A DNA stretch of 64,000 nt from positions 1 to 64,000 of the forward strand of contig CBFFRP010000196.1 of NCBI GenBank assembly GCA_965644295.1, given 5' to 3'. The stretch comes from Paraphysomonas bandaiensis. Lineage: Eukaryota > Protista > Chrysophyceae. The stretch's first letter is position 1, and each line of letters opens with the position of its first letter. The notes beneath the pieces were generated by a model. It searched no databases. It had not been told where the DNA came from and worked only from the letters and a program-made list of their open reading frames with translations. Shown piece after piece: positions 1 through 13,238 of this stretch. Both the position numbers and the translations under genes were made by a program.

Positions 1-444
1 TCCACTACAGCTTTTAATTGCTCACAAACAGCAAAACTCAACAATTAATTATCTTGATGAAACTAAACCCCATAAATATGAGCAGCATCCTACTTAAACC
101 GTATCGTTTAGAATAGGTTCAATAAGATATCAATGCAGGAATGGTGGTGGCATGTTTTTCTTAATGTCCTGTATCTGGAGCATCATATTATCAATTTCTT
201 GCTCAACTTCGGAACATACGATTTAGTTGACAATGAGGCACTATTAGTTACAATCATGCCTGTATCAGACCACCCACTATCACAACCAGTGCATGTCTAT
301 CAGGTACTATATCGACCGTAGGTAAACACTCGTGAAGATGTGATAAGTGCCCCATATTGACAACGTAACTAATTACTGCGTGCGGCCCCCCAGTGGGTGC
401 TGCCGAGTGCTGCGACCGCCCACCTCTACCTATGTACACATTGC

Positions 445-1245
445 TTAGTTCAGCAGTTCCCCACTCTGGGTTCTCACTGCATATTCAGCGCTGAAAACCA
501 TGTGATAATGATCATGTAATTGGTCAGAATCTATCGTCACTATATTACTATTTGTACAGCCACTATCAAAACCACTAATACCACACACATCTATGCTCTC
601 CAATTTACTGTACGGTGACTGCACTAACTTTAGTACCGCGCTTGTAGTGAGACGTGTAGACAACAGGGCAATGCGTTCCAAGTGAAAGCAACCACATGTG
701 GTAAAGAACTCAGTATCTTCAACATCAATATCTTCCCAATCGGTTGCTGGGGAAATATCTTTAGGTATTACAGTTGGCATAATTGCGTTCAGTGCGCAAT
801 CTGACACGCCACGTCCACCCAGTATTAAGAATTTGACGTTACTATTGCTAAATATTTTGATATTGTCATCTGTGACAGCCCCCTTTCTCGTCGCCATGGC
901 CGAGAATACAGTGGTTACTTCAGGAGGAAGTAGTGATAGCACATATTTCACATCTTCTACATCAATGTATTGTAAATACGACGTAATTGCCTCCAGAGAC
1001 CAGTAAGAAAGAGAATATATAGTAGTGCTCATTTCAATTTTTTCACAGTACTCTCTCACGATTTCATCAAATGTATCTTGTTTCTGAGTATCAGGAACAT
1101 ATCGTACCTTTCCATGACATAATTCATCATCATGAAGTCTATCTGCAACTAAGTGATCGAGTAGAGGAAATACACGTCGCTTCCCATACGGCTCGCAACG
1201 GTTAGGTGGTTCATATATGTAGCATCCTGACGAGCGGATTGTATG
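445..1245 (-). CDS. Leucine-rich-repeat (AMN1/F-box-LRR-like) protein, 5' and 3' structure uncertain, possibly degraded
   Basis: ORF 445..1059 has LRR-like segments (VKFLILGGRGVSDCALNAI, HLERIALLSTRLTTSAVLKL, KLESIDVCG). The same frame stays open upstream to about 1245. I could not resolve a clean start or the downstream exons. Confidence 0.4.
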   Translation of the reverse strand, partial: HTIRSSGCYIYEPPNRCEPYGKRRVFPLLDHLVADRLHDDELCHGKVRYVPDTQKQDTFDEIVREYCEKIEMSTTIYSLSYWSLEAITSYLQYIDVEDVKYVLSLLPPEVTTVFSAMATRKGAVTDDNIKIFSNSNVKFLILGGRGVSDCALNAIMPTVIPKDISPATDWEDIDVEDTEFFTTCGCFHLERIALLSTRLTTSAVLKLVQSPYSKLESIDVCGISGFDSGCTNSNIVTIDSDQLHDHYHMVFSAEYAVRTQSGELLN

Positions 1246-1514
1246 GCATCAGCAATATCTGATTTCCAATTAGGTTCTGCCCCATTCTGAGCGCGTACTT
1301 AGGTAGAGCCGGGTGGGGGTCGGGTGGGTACCTAACTAATACTTGATTTAAGTCCCATACGTTATTTGCTAGCTACCTACTGAACCATGAGTTGTCAGAC
1401 AAAGGAAATGTCAATGCAAAACAGCTTGTCTAGTTGCCTCAAGACGGCACAAGAAGTAAAAAAATATGTATATTAGCTGAGTGGGAGATTAAATTTTGTA
1501 ACATATTTTATAAT

Positions 1515-1741
1515 TATATTACGACATGCACAAGACTAAGATTGTTATGACTGACATGCACAAGAGTACTACTTATGGTTTTACGCATGAACTGTCGCCT
1601 CTGGAATGAAATGACAGTTGAGGTAGCTATACTGGCAGCTAAAATGTAGTTCAGTACTAAATAATTGAAATTGAGACAGCAAGTAATAATTGCAATTATA
1701 ATTAACTACAACCTGCGACAATTAATTGATACGCAGCCCTG
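1515..1741 (+). repeat. Interspersed repeat family R3 copy (ends in GCAGCCCTG, hAT-MITE-like end)
   Basis: Matches the reverse complement of 27801..28055 (taagattgttatgactga ... aattgcaatt ... ctacaacctgcg ... tacgcagccctg). A short end fragment also occurs at about 2183..2201. Confidence 0.7.
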
Positions 1742-2861
1742 TTAGTTACTACTAGTTACTACATGTAATCATAAGTGGTACAAACTACATGTATGTAGCT
1801 AGTTAAAGAATCAAACTTACTACAGGATCATTAACATATGCTCAAATGTGTTCATTCTAAAACTGAGAGACGGATTATACAATTCAATGGGGTACCTGAA
1901 AGAAGCTTCAAAGACGATATCTACCAAAAGTCAGACAAAAAATTTTAGAAGAATCTCTAAATAATTCGTGATGGTGAATCATCATTTCTCAATATCGAAA
2001 TTGCTTTAATACAAATACAGTAATGATATAATATCAACATAGCTGAAAGCAGCCTTTTTGTTTCGAAGCCAGAAGACAATAAAATCCACTGATTTTATCT
2101 CATATATAAAAAGTCATTTAATTGATCAACAAAATGAGCAATAAGTTGATACCGGAGTAAAAAATAATTCCAATTTAATGGTCTACAACCTGCGCAGCCC
2201 TGATACATGTGAAGATGAATGTACGTAGTATTTGTGTTTAGTGAAAACAGAGGTGAACTATATCATAACCGTAAATACGTGATTACAAATTTAACGCAAT
2301 GTAAATAAATGATTGTGTAATATATTATACTCCTAAAAGCTTACCTCTAGAATGCGTACCATTATACGTATACTGTCATGGGAGCCGCTATGCACATATA
2401 GTGAATACAAGTTTCTGTTCAAGTACAGCATCCCAGTGTCATCTTGGGGTACTATTTTGTATTATTATATATTTCATGATTAACGATGACTTACTAACAC
2501 TCTTACACCTATGAGCTATAGCAATATATTGCAACAATGATATTGCGAGATAAAATGTTTTGCCATGCAATATTAATTGTGTGTAAAGACGGCTGACAAT
2601 ATTGTTGATGAACACTGGAACAGTCAAAGCGTGTTCAGACCATAAGATACTGTTTCGAATTTGAGTCCATAAAAATCTATATATTATTATTGAATAGTAT
2701 TCAGTATTTAGTAATTTAAAGTCATGATACAGTTATTTCGACAGATCTAGTGATCTTCAATGGTGGAAACTTTATTCTCTCCGGCTGTCCAAGTTCAATA
2801 GTATATAGTATATCACAATATTAAGTCCAGCAACTATACTGTTACTGTGTTATTTGCGCTG

Positions 2862-3865
2862 CTATAGTAGGGGGGGGGAGTCTTCACGTTGTTCCTCTTT
2901 AGCAGCACTATCGCATCCAGTAAAAACCCACCCAATGAAGAAAATCCAATTCCACCATTGGCCTCTCGCCTTCTTCGCAATTTTTTCATCAACAAAAGTA
3001 AATTTGTTTGTTCGCAACTCCACTCTCCGGCACACACGTTGAATAAATTGGTGGCAATTATTAATGTCTGCATCATATGGTTTAAAGTGCTCGCTGTCCA
3101 TCAAATAAGATGTCCACATCTTAATCCAAGGGACATTACAGGCTTTATAATTCTTGTCCATAATTCCTACGGACAGCATCGTTTAGCACATAATCACGTT
3201 TATAAATATATACAATTAATATGTACATTCGCATAGTTATCAAGAAGCCTTAGATATACATATACGTGTTCTTGCATATGTATACACTCACCTTGGTTGA
3301 ACCTTGTCACAATATACCGCGTCTTCATATTCACACGTCCATTAACGTTCTTCACGGAATCATAAAAAGTGTTGTCGTCACACATCTTTTCACCTAGAAG
3401 TTCTATCTTTCCATGAAAAACTTTGTTACCGTCCTTTGTTCGTAAGCGTAGATACAAAGACCAATGGGATAGACAGTTTCCTTCAATATAATAGCCGTCA
3501 ACGTGAGAATATGCGCGCGCCATATCAACCCATATCTCTTTGCGTTTGATGACAGCCAATACAGGTGATAGTTTCATAGATTGCATGGTGGTTATGAGGG
3601 TTAATACGAGCTCAGGATTATCATAATATAAGAAGAAATGATGAGCACAAAAGTGTTGAAAGACTTTATAGTATTCATCCGTTAATGATGCTTTTGCTTG
3701 CATTTGATGAAGTTCAAATTGTCCTAAAAAAGAAGAAGGATTACTACCATCTTGTTGTACAACTTCCACGATATGCTCCTCTGTGATCTTCTCAGATGTG
3801 GCGGGATCATCTATCTTGACACTTCCTAATGGTTCACTAATATGAAAAGCAACATCAAGTACCAT
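2862..3865 (-). CDS. Two-exon gene, putative permuted papain-fold (PPPDE/LRAT-like) cysteine peptidase
   Basis: A GT-AG intron at 3291..3167 (CAAG|gtgagt...ccgtag|GA) joins ORFs 3200..3865 and 2862..3179 in frame (TRFNQ-G-IMDKNYK). The product has a His motif SHWSL upstream of YDADINNCHQF. Confidence 0.6.
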
Positions 3866-4131
3866 GATAATGAATAGAATGTATTGAAAATATTTGTGTT
3901 GATTGATAAGTAGTGAATAGTGAGGTTTGTGTGAGGGTTTATTATGTTAATATGCTGTGTATGTGTATATATATGTGTGTGTGATTGTATGTATGGATAG
4001 ATACGGAAATGATGGTTTGGATTGTGAGAAGTGGTGTGGTGAAGTCCCGGAAATGGAGAGTATTCAAAGAACGTGCTTGTTCCGAAGATTCTCAGCGAAC
4101 TGCTGCTGGTACTATACTTGCCTTACTTCGG

Positions 4132-4142
4132 TACCTACCTAC

Positions 4143-4173
<31 letters not shown>

Positions 4174-4602
4174 CATACATACATACATACATACATACAT
4201 ACATACATACATACATACATACATACATACATACATACATACATACATACATACATACATACATACATACATACATACATACATACATACATACATACAT
4301 ACATACATACATACATACATACATACATACATACATACATACATACATACATACATACATACATACCTACATACCTACATACCTACATACCTACATACCT
4401 ACATACCTACATACCTACATACCTACATACCTACATACCTACATACCTACATACATACATACATACATACATACATACATACATACATACATACATACAT
4501 ACATACATACATACATACATACATACATACATACATACATACATACATACATACATACATACATACATACATACATACATACATACATACATACATACAT
4601 AC
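4132..4602 (+). repeat. (TACA)n microsatellite with an internal (TACC/TACA) variant block
   Basis: Directly visible. It explains the spurious HTYI/MYVC ORFs. Confidence 0.98.
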
Positions 4603-4820
4603 ACCGTATCGGCATCCTTCGTGTATTTTTGTTCAAAGATGCCTCTAATATTGAGGCAACAATTATCTGTGTTCTAGCCGTTATTGTATTGCAGTAATAT
4701 AGACGAATTTTGATTCATTATATTTCCGAAAAATAATATGCTGACTGCCGCCGATACGACACTCATATACATATATATCTACTCATACCCCCCATATATA
4801 CCTCCTACTATGTCCAACCA

Positions 4821-6724
4821 ATGAATCCCCTTCTAATCCTCTTCCCCATCATTTTCACACTCTCTCTATCATCAGACATCACACAACACACGATTGATTA
4901 TACTGAAACGAAATTATTTTCTATATATGGGAAACGTAAAGATTATTTCGGTCATGCTATAGCAATACACGATCATTGGATCATATCAGGGGCTTATTCA
5001 TCTAGTTCCTTCTTAAGAGACTCTGGAGCAGCATTTTCTTTCTTAAGAAATGTTTCATATGATCCTTATTTAATGATGAATGTAACTGTATGGAAGGAAG
5101 ATGCGTATCTTCTTGGATCAGAGATTATGCCACATGATTATTTTGGTGGTAGTATTGCTTTATGGAAAAATACAGCAATTGTTGGAGCATATTTAGATGA
5201 GAATCTTGGAACAAATTCTGGGACAGCATATGTATTTGTTTATCATGAGGGTATGTGGAAGGAACAAGAGAAATTATCTCCTGAAGGGGCGATGGCAGCG
5301 GATTATTTTGGTCAGAGTGTAGGAATATATGATGATACGGCAATTATTGGAGCCTATGGCCAGGCAGATTCGGGGTATTACCGCGGTGCAGCTTATATAT
5401 TTGCCCGCAGTCACCGTCGATGGTCGCAGGTGGCAATGATTCGGCCCAACGATGTCGAAGATAACCATATGTTCGGGTTTGCTGTAGAAATATTCAATAA
5501 TACGGTTGCAGTAGGAGCTTATGGTGATACCTCAGAAGGTGCGAATACTGGGGCGGTGTACATGTTTGAGTACGTGGTATCTGGTGCGAATGACACAGAA
5601 ATTGGGTCGTGGGTGCAGACACAGAAGTTAATAGCAAGAGATGCGAAGCAGCACAGCAACTTTGGAATTGCGCTGGACCTCACTGAGTCCATGACGTACT
5701 ATGACGAAACATACTACACTCTTGTGGTAGGTGCCAGTCTCGCGAAGGGCGTGGCATCCAGCTCTGGTGCGGCCTATGTCTTCACATCCGCTGTGGGTGG
5801 CTCCACATGGTCCGTTCAAGCAAAGCTCTTCGCATACGATGCCGTCGGAGATGAGCGCTTTGGTGCTGCAGTTGCTGTTGATGGTGATAGTATCTTGGTA
5901 GGCGCTCCTGATGATTGTGCGGTAGGTACGGACTCAGGAGCTGCTTATCTGTACAAACAATCCAGCAGTAGCACTTCGAACAGAGGAAGATGGCAGTTTT
6001 CTCGAAAACTAATTGGGAATGACACTGTGGCGTATGATAATTTTGGGACATCTGTTGATATTTGGGGCTCCACATTGGTAGTTGGTTCTGAGCAAGCCAA
6101 CGGCATTGAGCTGAGCACCGGGGCGTTATACGTTATCACAGCGTATGACGTAGAGCAGAAAGTATCTAAAAAGAGCAGCATATTAGCTACAGAGAAAGAC
6201 CAGTTCGTGTTTATTCTGAACATGTTGCCCATCCTGCTGGTCATGCTTCCGGTGTGCGTTTTTTCCTCTGTCATATACTTTCATAGACACTACAAATCGA
6301 TTGCCCATGTGATCAGCAGAAGAATCACTCGTAGCGAGCTGCCGTTGCAGGAGTACGCCTCCATGCATGGGTCTGTACACTCCAGTAGAACATCACAGCA
6401 TGGGGACGATTCGTCTGTGGATAATGTGAGTATTTGGTTGTACTGCAGCTTCCCATATGCTGTTTAAACTATATATAGAGTGTCGACGTAAGCCAGCACA
6501 CGTACAAACCAGGCTGGCGAAACAATAGTGGGGATTTGGTCGGAGGCTATCAAGAAGACCCCCTTGAAGTTGCAATCAAAAATGCATCGCAAGATACTAC
6601 TCCAATGGTAAGTACTCTAGTGTATTTTTTTCGTTTGCTTATTTGGCAATGTTCTTACGACTGATAGTTGATGCATCACCTCCGCCACTCTGGGAGAATA
6701 TCTGGTGGAACGTATATGAAATAG
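4821..6724 (+). CDS. FG-GAP (integrin-alpha-type beta-propeller) repeat type I membrane protein, 3 exons
   Basis: Signal peptide, about 7 repeats of DxFGxSVAI...VGA...GAAYVF, and a TM helix (FVFILNMLPILLVMLPVCVFSSVIYF). GT-AG introns at 6426..6478 and 6608..6667 extend the frame to TAG at 6722-6724. Confidence 0.85.
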
Positions 6725-7149
6725 TTAGCTATAAAATTGTTTTTACTTTCTCAAGATTCTTGGCCTGCTGTTGTGATCACTAATTCACATAGGTGTTGTA
6801 TTATGCGCTAGTAAGATGTGCAGTATAGAGTTTGATTTTTCATGCTTTTTAGTTTCGTGTGATTAACTAAAGTGCCCCCTTTATCCTAATATGGGCAATC
6901 CTATGTAGTAGCAAATCAATGAACTTTTCATCAAGGAAGCAACGTTTTGAAGTCTTTTTTTCTCGCAACCTATTGCGGTGCTTACTGATCCCTCGATCCG
7001 TGTTTTGGTTCACAGTAGACTGTAATGTGTAATATGGTTATTGACGGATTGACAGACTTATTTACATTGCATACTCATCTTAAGCAATAAAGTGAACCTT
7101 CATGTTAACTTAATAACCTTCACATCTATTCTACAACCACGAGAACCAA

Positions 7150-7530
7150 TCGTGACATGCATCGAAAAGTATCTTGCATAAACACACGTAGGGTTAAGCT
7201 ACATCCACAATATGATATAGTGTGTCGTTCAGGTACCAGGGCGGTATTAATCGTAGTGAATAATATTTTCTTCTGCTGTATGCTAGAATTTTTATATTGT
7301 GCAATTGAAATGAGTAAAAAGCGTACAATGGGTGACACCAATGGGTGACACCAACTCGTAGTTGTATCGGCTAAATATAGAAAGTAAATTCAGTAACTGA
7401 TGTATAACAATATAAGATACATAATTGCCTGTTGAACATACGATAAACAGGTGATAAAGAGAACAGATGTTTTATGAATATGTTGAGAAATAGTTATCAT
7501 TCTTTCTTGAAAGTAAGTTGTGTGCAACAA
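7150..7530 (+). repeat. Interspersed repeat family R4 copy
   Basis: Diverged match to the reverse complement of about 39340..39680 (tgtgcaattgaa.tgagt, gaacata.gataaacag.tg...gagaacagatgttt). Confidence 0.6.
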
Positions 7531-8204
7531 AGCATTTTGCAATAATAGCTGATTTCAAGTTGGAATAGGTACGACTGCGTTAGCTAAATTATATATTAGG
7601 AGAGATATAGTAATATTGTGGTATTATTGTTGTAATGTGATTATAGCAACATACCAGTCAACACCAATAACTTCTCTAAAAGTCATATCTCTAATAGATA
7701 CTGTTGTAGATTCAGCTCTGTGGCATATTTTATTCCAACTTCTGTTGTTGTAATTTTAGTAGTCGACAAACTTCAACAAGCTACATGCATCATGTACGTA
7801 CGTAAGAGTAGGTAATAGGTTGATGGTTTCCGTGTAGAACTATATCTCGTGATGTGAAGATTCTATCTGCAACTTTGAATTCAGAGAGAGAGTTTTGCAT
7901 TGCGCATTGAGCGATTAAAAGCTATATTTCAGGATTTTAAATTATCACCGTTACTTAAATAATACAGTAACAGGACAGTATTATATGGAATCTAAAAGGC
8001 TATGATATAGTTTAGATGAACTAAATATACTGACTTTATAACTATAGAAGACCTGATAATAGATTGATTGGTCTTGGAGATAATATAATATATATATCTA
8101 GCGTTTGCCAATTATTGATAAGTGATAATAGTTTTACTAATTAGTTCAACGTTCAGTTACTTATGCTATTTTAAACACCAAAAAAATGTCAATGATATAG
8201 AGTC

Positions 8205-8712
8205 CTCAACAAAGGTTGGACTCGCACCTTTTCGTGGTGTTCTGGGGGGTAAGTACCGGAGATATTATAAGTACAAAGTGAGCCGCAAACATAGTCAGCA
8301 GATATTCTTCTGCCCACTCATAGCCGAATGCTTGTGTGGTACATGGGACACTAATAAGTATCACTAGTGTAGACATCTTTGGGTCTTGACGAATTAACAG
8401 GCATCCGGGAGTGGGCCTACCTCAAGGGCATCCGGGGTATTGGGCTGTCTGCTGAAGTTAAGCATCCGGAATGATCACCTTAGGGACTCAAATATTTTGA
8501 AGTCATCAGGTGTCAGGTATATCAACATTCTGCTTGCTCACTGCGTTCGGTTTGAGTGATAGAGCAAAGTGGTTGTAGCTTGGTACTTGTGGCGGCGCAC
8601 AAGCAGCTTTCGTAGTGTTAGTAGTAGTAGAATATCAAAGTTAAGCATTCGTAGTAAGTTAACTGTTTAATTAGTTTTGACTGTTAAAAGCCTATTGCTA
8701 ATAAGACACTCA
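8205..8712 (+). repeat. Interspersed repeat family R1 copy (GC-richer, unclassified non-autonomous element)
   Basis: Shares long blocks (atagtcagcagata..ttctgcccactca.agccgaatgct..tgtggtaca.gggacac.aataagt, ggtattgggctg..tg.tgaagt.aagcatccgg) with 16560..16912 and 61035..61760. Confidence 0.85.
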
Positions 8713-9129
8713 CAACAATGATTTAGAACAAGTTTAACTTTAGTGTTACGTCCAATGCTAGTACCTATAGCATATTAACATAAATCCCAGCTCTACCTTA
8801 AATTGTTTGTGATAGTGCATATTAACACCCTTTAGTTGTGGAATACGTTAGTAGACAATGAAAATGTACTTTATTCAACCCCTAACGACTAGGAAAATTT
8901 CAAAAAAGCTTGTGTTTACAACTATTGAGCTACAGTGCATAGGCTCTTAATGGCCTATTCAATACATGTCACGTCCAGAAAATACAGAAATTCAGGTGGC
9001 ATTTACGAAATACACTTTTGCTGTATTATAATCAGCAAGGGACAACAAGGTTGCACTGTATCCTAACATCTATGCACATTGAAATGTTCAACTCTGATAG
9101 CTAATTTGATATTTACACTTGTAAATAAT

Positions 9130-12100
9130 TTATCCCCCACCACTCCCTTTACGAAGAGGTGATATACGGGGAAACAGTGGTTCCGATGCACGATGCTCGG
9201 GTTGCGCAGATTTCAAAGAATTATCCCTCGGTACTCCAGAAGACGATTTCACCTTCCTTGTCTTTTTCGATTTAGATTTACTAGAATTCTTTTCTCTCGT
9301 GGTGCTTTCAGCCTGCGAGATTCCCGGCGCACTAAAGCTCTTCTCTCGAGATGGAGCAGAGTCAGTACGTGCACTGTCGACACCGTCAGCGTCGTGATAT
9401 CCACCATCATCATGTTGGTCATCTATGCCGTTGTTATCGAAAGAAATGTTCGGAGGAGTTGCGGGCATCAAACTAGGGGCATCGAATGCGAAGTCCTCTT
9501 CTCCATCATCATGAAGGTATGTTGCACCCTCAACCTTCCTGCCTCCGCCACGACTCCCTACATCTCTACTCGTTTGACCACCAGTACCACGATTCACCTG
9601 ACCCGACTGATTTCTAGAAGATCCGCCACCACCACCTCTCACTTTTAAAAATTTCTGTGTGCGAGCAATCGAATCTGCCACAGCGTTACTTCCACTCTCA
9701 GAAGTAACCGACTCATTGCCCTGATTGGGCCTCCCATAAGTTGGACGGTTGCTGCCTGCGGCGGCAATAGTCCTCGCGAACTCCTCCTCATCCACTACAT
9801 CGTCCCCAGGACTGCATGGTGGGGGCTGGGATACACTGTGTGATATCGGAGAAGGCCTGAAGGATTGTATCGGTGACATCTTTTGGGGAATCGGGTCATC
9901 GTCGCCTGCGTGAAACGAGTGGGACGCCGCGTATGTATCCTTGTAGGAATCATTGTGGTTATCACCACTATATTGTCCGCCATACATACCCATACCAGCC
10001 CCAATTTCTCCATCACCATCACCACCGTCGTCATACTCACCGTACACACTCGTGCCATACTTGCTCTCCAAGTACTCATCACCACCACCAATGTACATGC
10101 GATTGGAACTATCAAAGTCATTCTCGGTCTCGTCCTGATAGACGCTACTCTGGGTAGCTGCATGTGGACTTCCCCAGCTCTCATCAAATCGCTTCGATGG
10201 AGAAGACAACTGCCGTTGTAGCTTAACGTCTAACGCACGTTTCATTTTGTCTGTTTTCGCGAGCTCAACTTTGAGATCAGAAAGTTCATTTTCTAGCTTC
10301 GCTATGGTAGCTCTAAGATCCTGAGCCTTTGACCGGTCCTCTTGGTGCTGCTTTTCAAGATCGCTAATCCTAGAATCCTTACTTTCATTAGAATTCTTCA
10401 GACGAACAATTTCTGCGTTGAGCTGAGAGAGCATTACTTCCTTGTCTGATTTGTCTGTTTGAGTTTGATAGAGCTTTTCTTGCATCGACTCTTTCGTTGC
10501 TTCCAGTCTAGACTGCAATTCAGTAATCTTCTGATGTGCTCTATTCATTTCTTGGGAATTACCCTGTCGTTCCTTCGAGAGTGCATCTTCCGTTCGCTTC
10601 AGTTCTTCGATTAATCCACTTATTGTATCATTGCTGGTGTTCTGTAATTTCGTATAATTCGCAGAGCTGCTCTCAACTTCAGCACTCAAACGAGATATGG
10701 TCTCTTTATTTTCATTCAGTTGGCGGTTTGCGTTGCTTAAATTGGATCGCAGTTTCTTCGATTCCAGAAAACTGTGTTTCTCTAACCTTTCGATTTCTTC
10801 ATTCGCTTTTGCGAGAAGTTTCATGTGCCGCTGAAGGTTACTCTCAAAGTCAATCGCACTTGCCTTGTTCTTCCTGCATTGTGAAGTCATTGCTTCCAGG
10901 TCCGCCGTAGACTTCGCCAGATCGGACTCAAGGGATTTGCACTTTTCCTCTAAGTCCTTCACTCTATCATTTAAATGAGTAACATCACTTCCTGCTCGTG
11001 CCCTCTCCATACGAAGACTTACAAGTTCCATCTCGATCTTAGACTTGAGATCAAGTAGTGTTTTGACTTTACCACCCATGTGTTGCGCTTCACGTTTGGC
11101 AGTCGCAATTTCCTTACCAGCACTGAGCTGAAACTCTTCATGTTCAGTACGCAATAGCTTTAGCTCTGTGGCCCATTTCTCGGCATTCAAAACTGCCTGT
11201 TTTTCAGATGCCTCTAGATCTGATAGCCGTTGGCGCTCAGCAGCAAGCTCATCGGTTAGGGCCTGGTTACGAGCTGACAGCTCACCTACTTGGTGCGCTG
11301 CAGTTTTCCGGCTCTCTTTCACAATCCCATCCAGTCGAGATATGTCGAGCTTGAACTGTGTCTCCCCATCAGAAAGGCGAGTGGTTAGCTCCTTTTCCCT
11401 TTTGGCACTCTCTTCAAGTTGTTTCTCTAGCCTGCTGTTTTCAGCTCTCAGTTCCTTGGCCTCCTCCGTGGCATTCACCAAACTAGTGTTGATTGTGTTT
11501 ACGTTTTTCTCCACCATTGACTTTGCTCTCTGCTCGGAAGCCAACTGCTCCATGAGATGAGACGTTTCTGCGAGTAATTCCTGTTTCTCTGATTCGAGTG
11601 AACGAATACGGTTATTCTTAGACTTCATTTCCTGCTGAATTTTAGCCCGGTCCGTGTCTATAGCATGTTGAAAAATCTTTTCCTTTTTCTTCAGCTCCAT
11701 GTTCATTTCTTCAATGGTTCTCTGCATCTTTGTTGACTCAGCACGAAGCGCATCTCTCTCCTTGCTGCAGGCGGATAGCTCGTCCAGTCGCTTTTCCAAC
11801 TCAGCTTTTAGTACCCCCGACATGTGCGAAACTTTCGATACTTCTTCCTGACACATCTCCTGGATTTTGTCCTTCTCCTGTTCGAGTTCTGTGATTCGGG
11901 ATTCCTTCTCCTCGATAGTTTCCTGAAGTTCCTTGACCTGACTTTCCACGCTGAGCTCACGTTCCTTTAATTGCTGCACATCAACCCACTGCTTGTCATG
12001 TGCAGCGCGAAGCTGTTCTTCCAAAGCAGTAGCATGCGTTATACTACTCTGAAGTTTTACATCCGCTTCGTCTCGAGCTTCTGCCATGGCCTTGACCTCT

Positions 12101-13238
12101 TTCTGCAGAGCAGCAATCTTTTCGTCGCGTCTGCTTACTTCCTCTTTCTGCTTCTCTCCTTCGGCTCCAGCCAGTTTAACTTCTTCTCCCATCGCCTCAA
12201 TTTTGCGACAAAGCTGTACCTCTCTATCCAGCAGCTCCTTGTTACGGTCCGACATTGCCTGTAGCTGGTCTGCTTGTCGTGCTATAATCTCGAGGCTCTC
12301 TTGACGCTGCTTCTCCGCCAACTCTCCTGACCCAGACATGGCGTCCTCCAAACTAGCAATGGTCTCCTCTAACCGCTTAATAGTCGCCTTACCCGTACTG
12401 ACATCAGATAGTAAGCCACTCATCCTGCTCATACAACGCTCTTCTGTCTCTCTGGAAGAAGAGAGTTTGTCCTCGGTGCACATTAAAGCGAGCTCAGATG
12501 CCAGCCCGAGACCTTGCCGGAGGTTCGCAGCAGTCTGTTCCAGCTCGCGGCAACACTCCTCGCTCTCTGACAGCGCTGTCTGTTTCTGCTTGAGCTCCTC
12601 CGACAAGTTCCAAAAGTGTTGACTCAGTTCTGCTTTTATCTTCTCCGCCTCCTCATGCTGTTTCTCAGCCATCTGGAGACTCCTCTCTAATTCCCGCTTT
12701 TCTTCATCCAGCCTCGCTTGCAGCACATTAACCTGCTTCGTGAGGCTTTGATTTGACTTTTGCACATCAGCCATGTCGTCAGCAGCCTTCTTGAGCTGGA
12801 TATTATCCTTAAGAACGCGATTCAGCTCTTGTTCTTGTCTCAATTGTAGATGTTTGGCATCCAAATGCTGCTTACGTTCGTTGTTATACATATCGTTTAG
12901 ACGCTGCATGTCTAGGCGCAGCTGAGCAGCCTGCTCATCAGATTCATTTTTTAATCGCAGGGCTTCCGCATGAGCTTTCTCCGAATCATTGAGTTGCTTC
13001 TTCAGAATAGGTAGTTGGGTTTTTAATTCCTCAAATTCTCGAACTTTAGCCTTCATAGAATCAAGTGCTGCAGATTCTTGACGAACAGCCGACATCATAA
13101 CCTCCAGCTGCACATGGGGTAAGGTGACACCATCTACATATGAAATAAACCTACCTGGGAAAACATGTTGCTACTCCGTTCCAACTGAGAAGACATGTTC
13201 TCTGAATTGCTGTCAGATCCCTCGAATCCAGTTGACAT
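9130..13238 (-). CDS. Large coiled-coil protein (about 1350 aa) with a disordered C-terminus, centrosome/cytoskeleton-like
   Basis: 1327-aa ORF with about 950 aa of heptad E/K/L/Q-rich sequence. A short first exon from ATG 13238 (MSTGFEGSD...MFSQ) splices via gtaggt...gtgcag into LEVMM. Confidence 0.85.

Noticed and set aside
1860-2160. Possible transposase relic
   Set aside because: Multiple stops and no convincing catalytic motif.
3957-4697. Long HTYI/MYVC ORFs here and at 52559..53380
   Set aside because: Artefacts of stop-free tetranucleotide microsatellites.
9193-12622. Plus-strand ORFs antisense to the coiled-coil gene (and similar ones opposite other genes)
   Set aside because: Shadow ORFs caused by codon bias of the real gene on the other strand.
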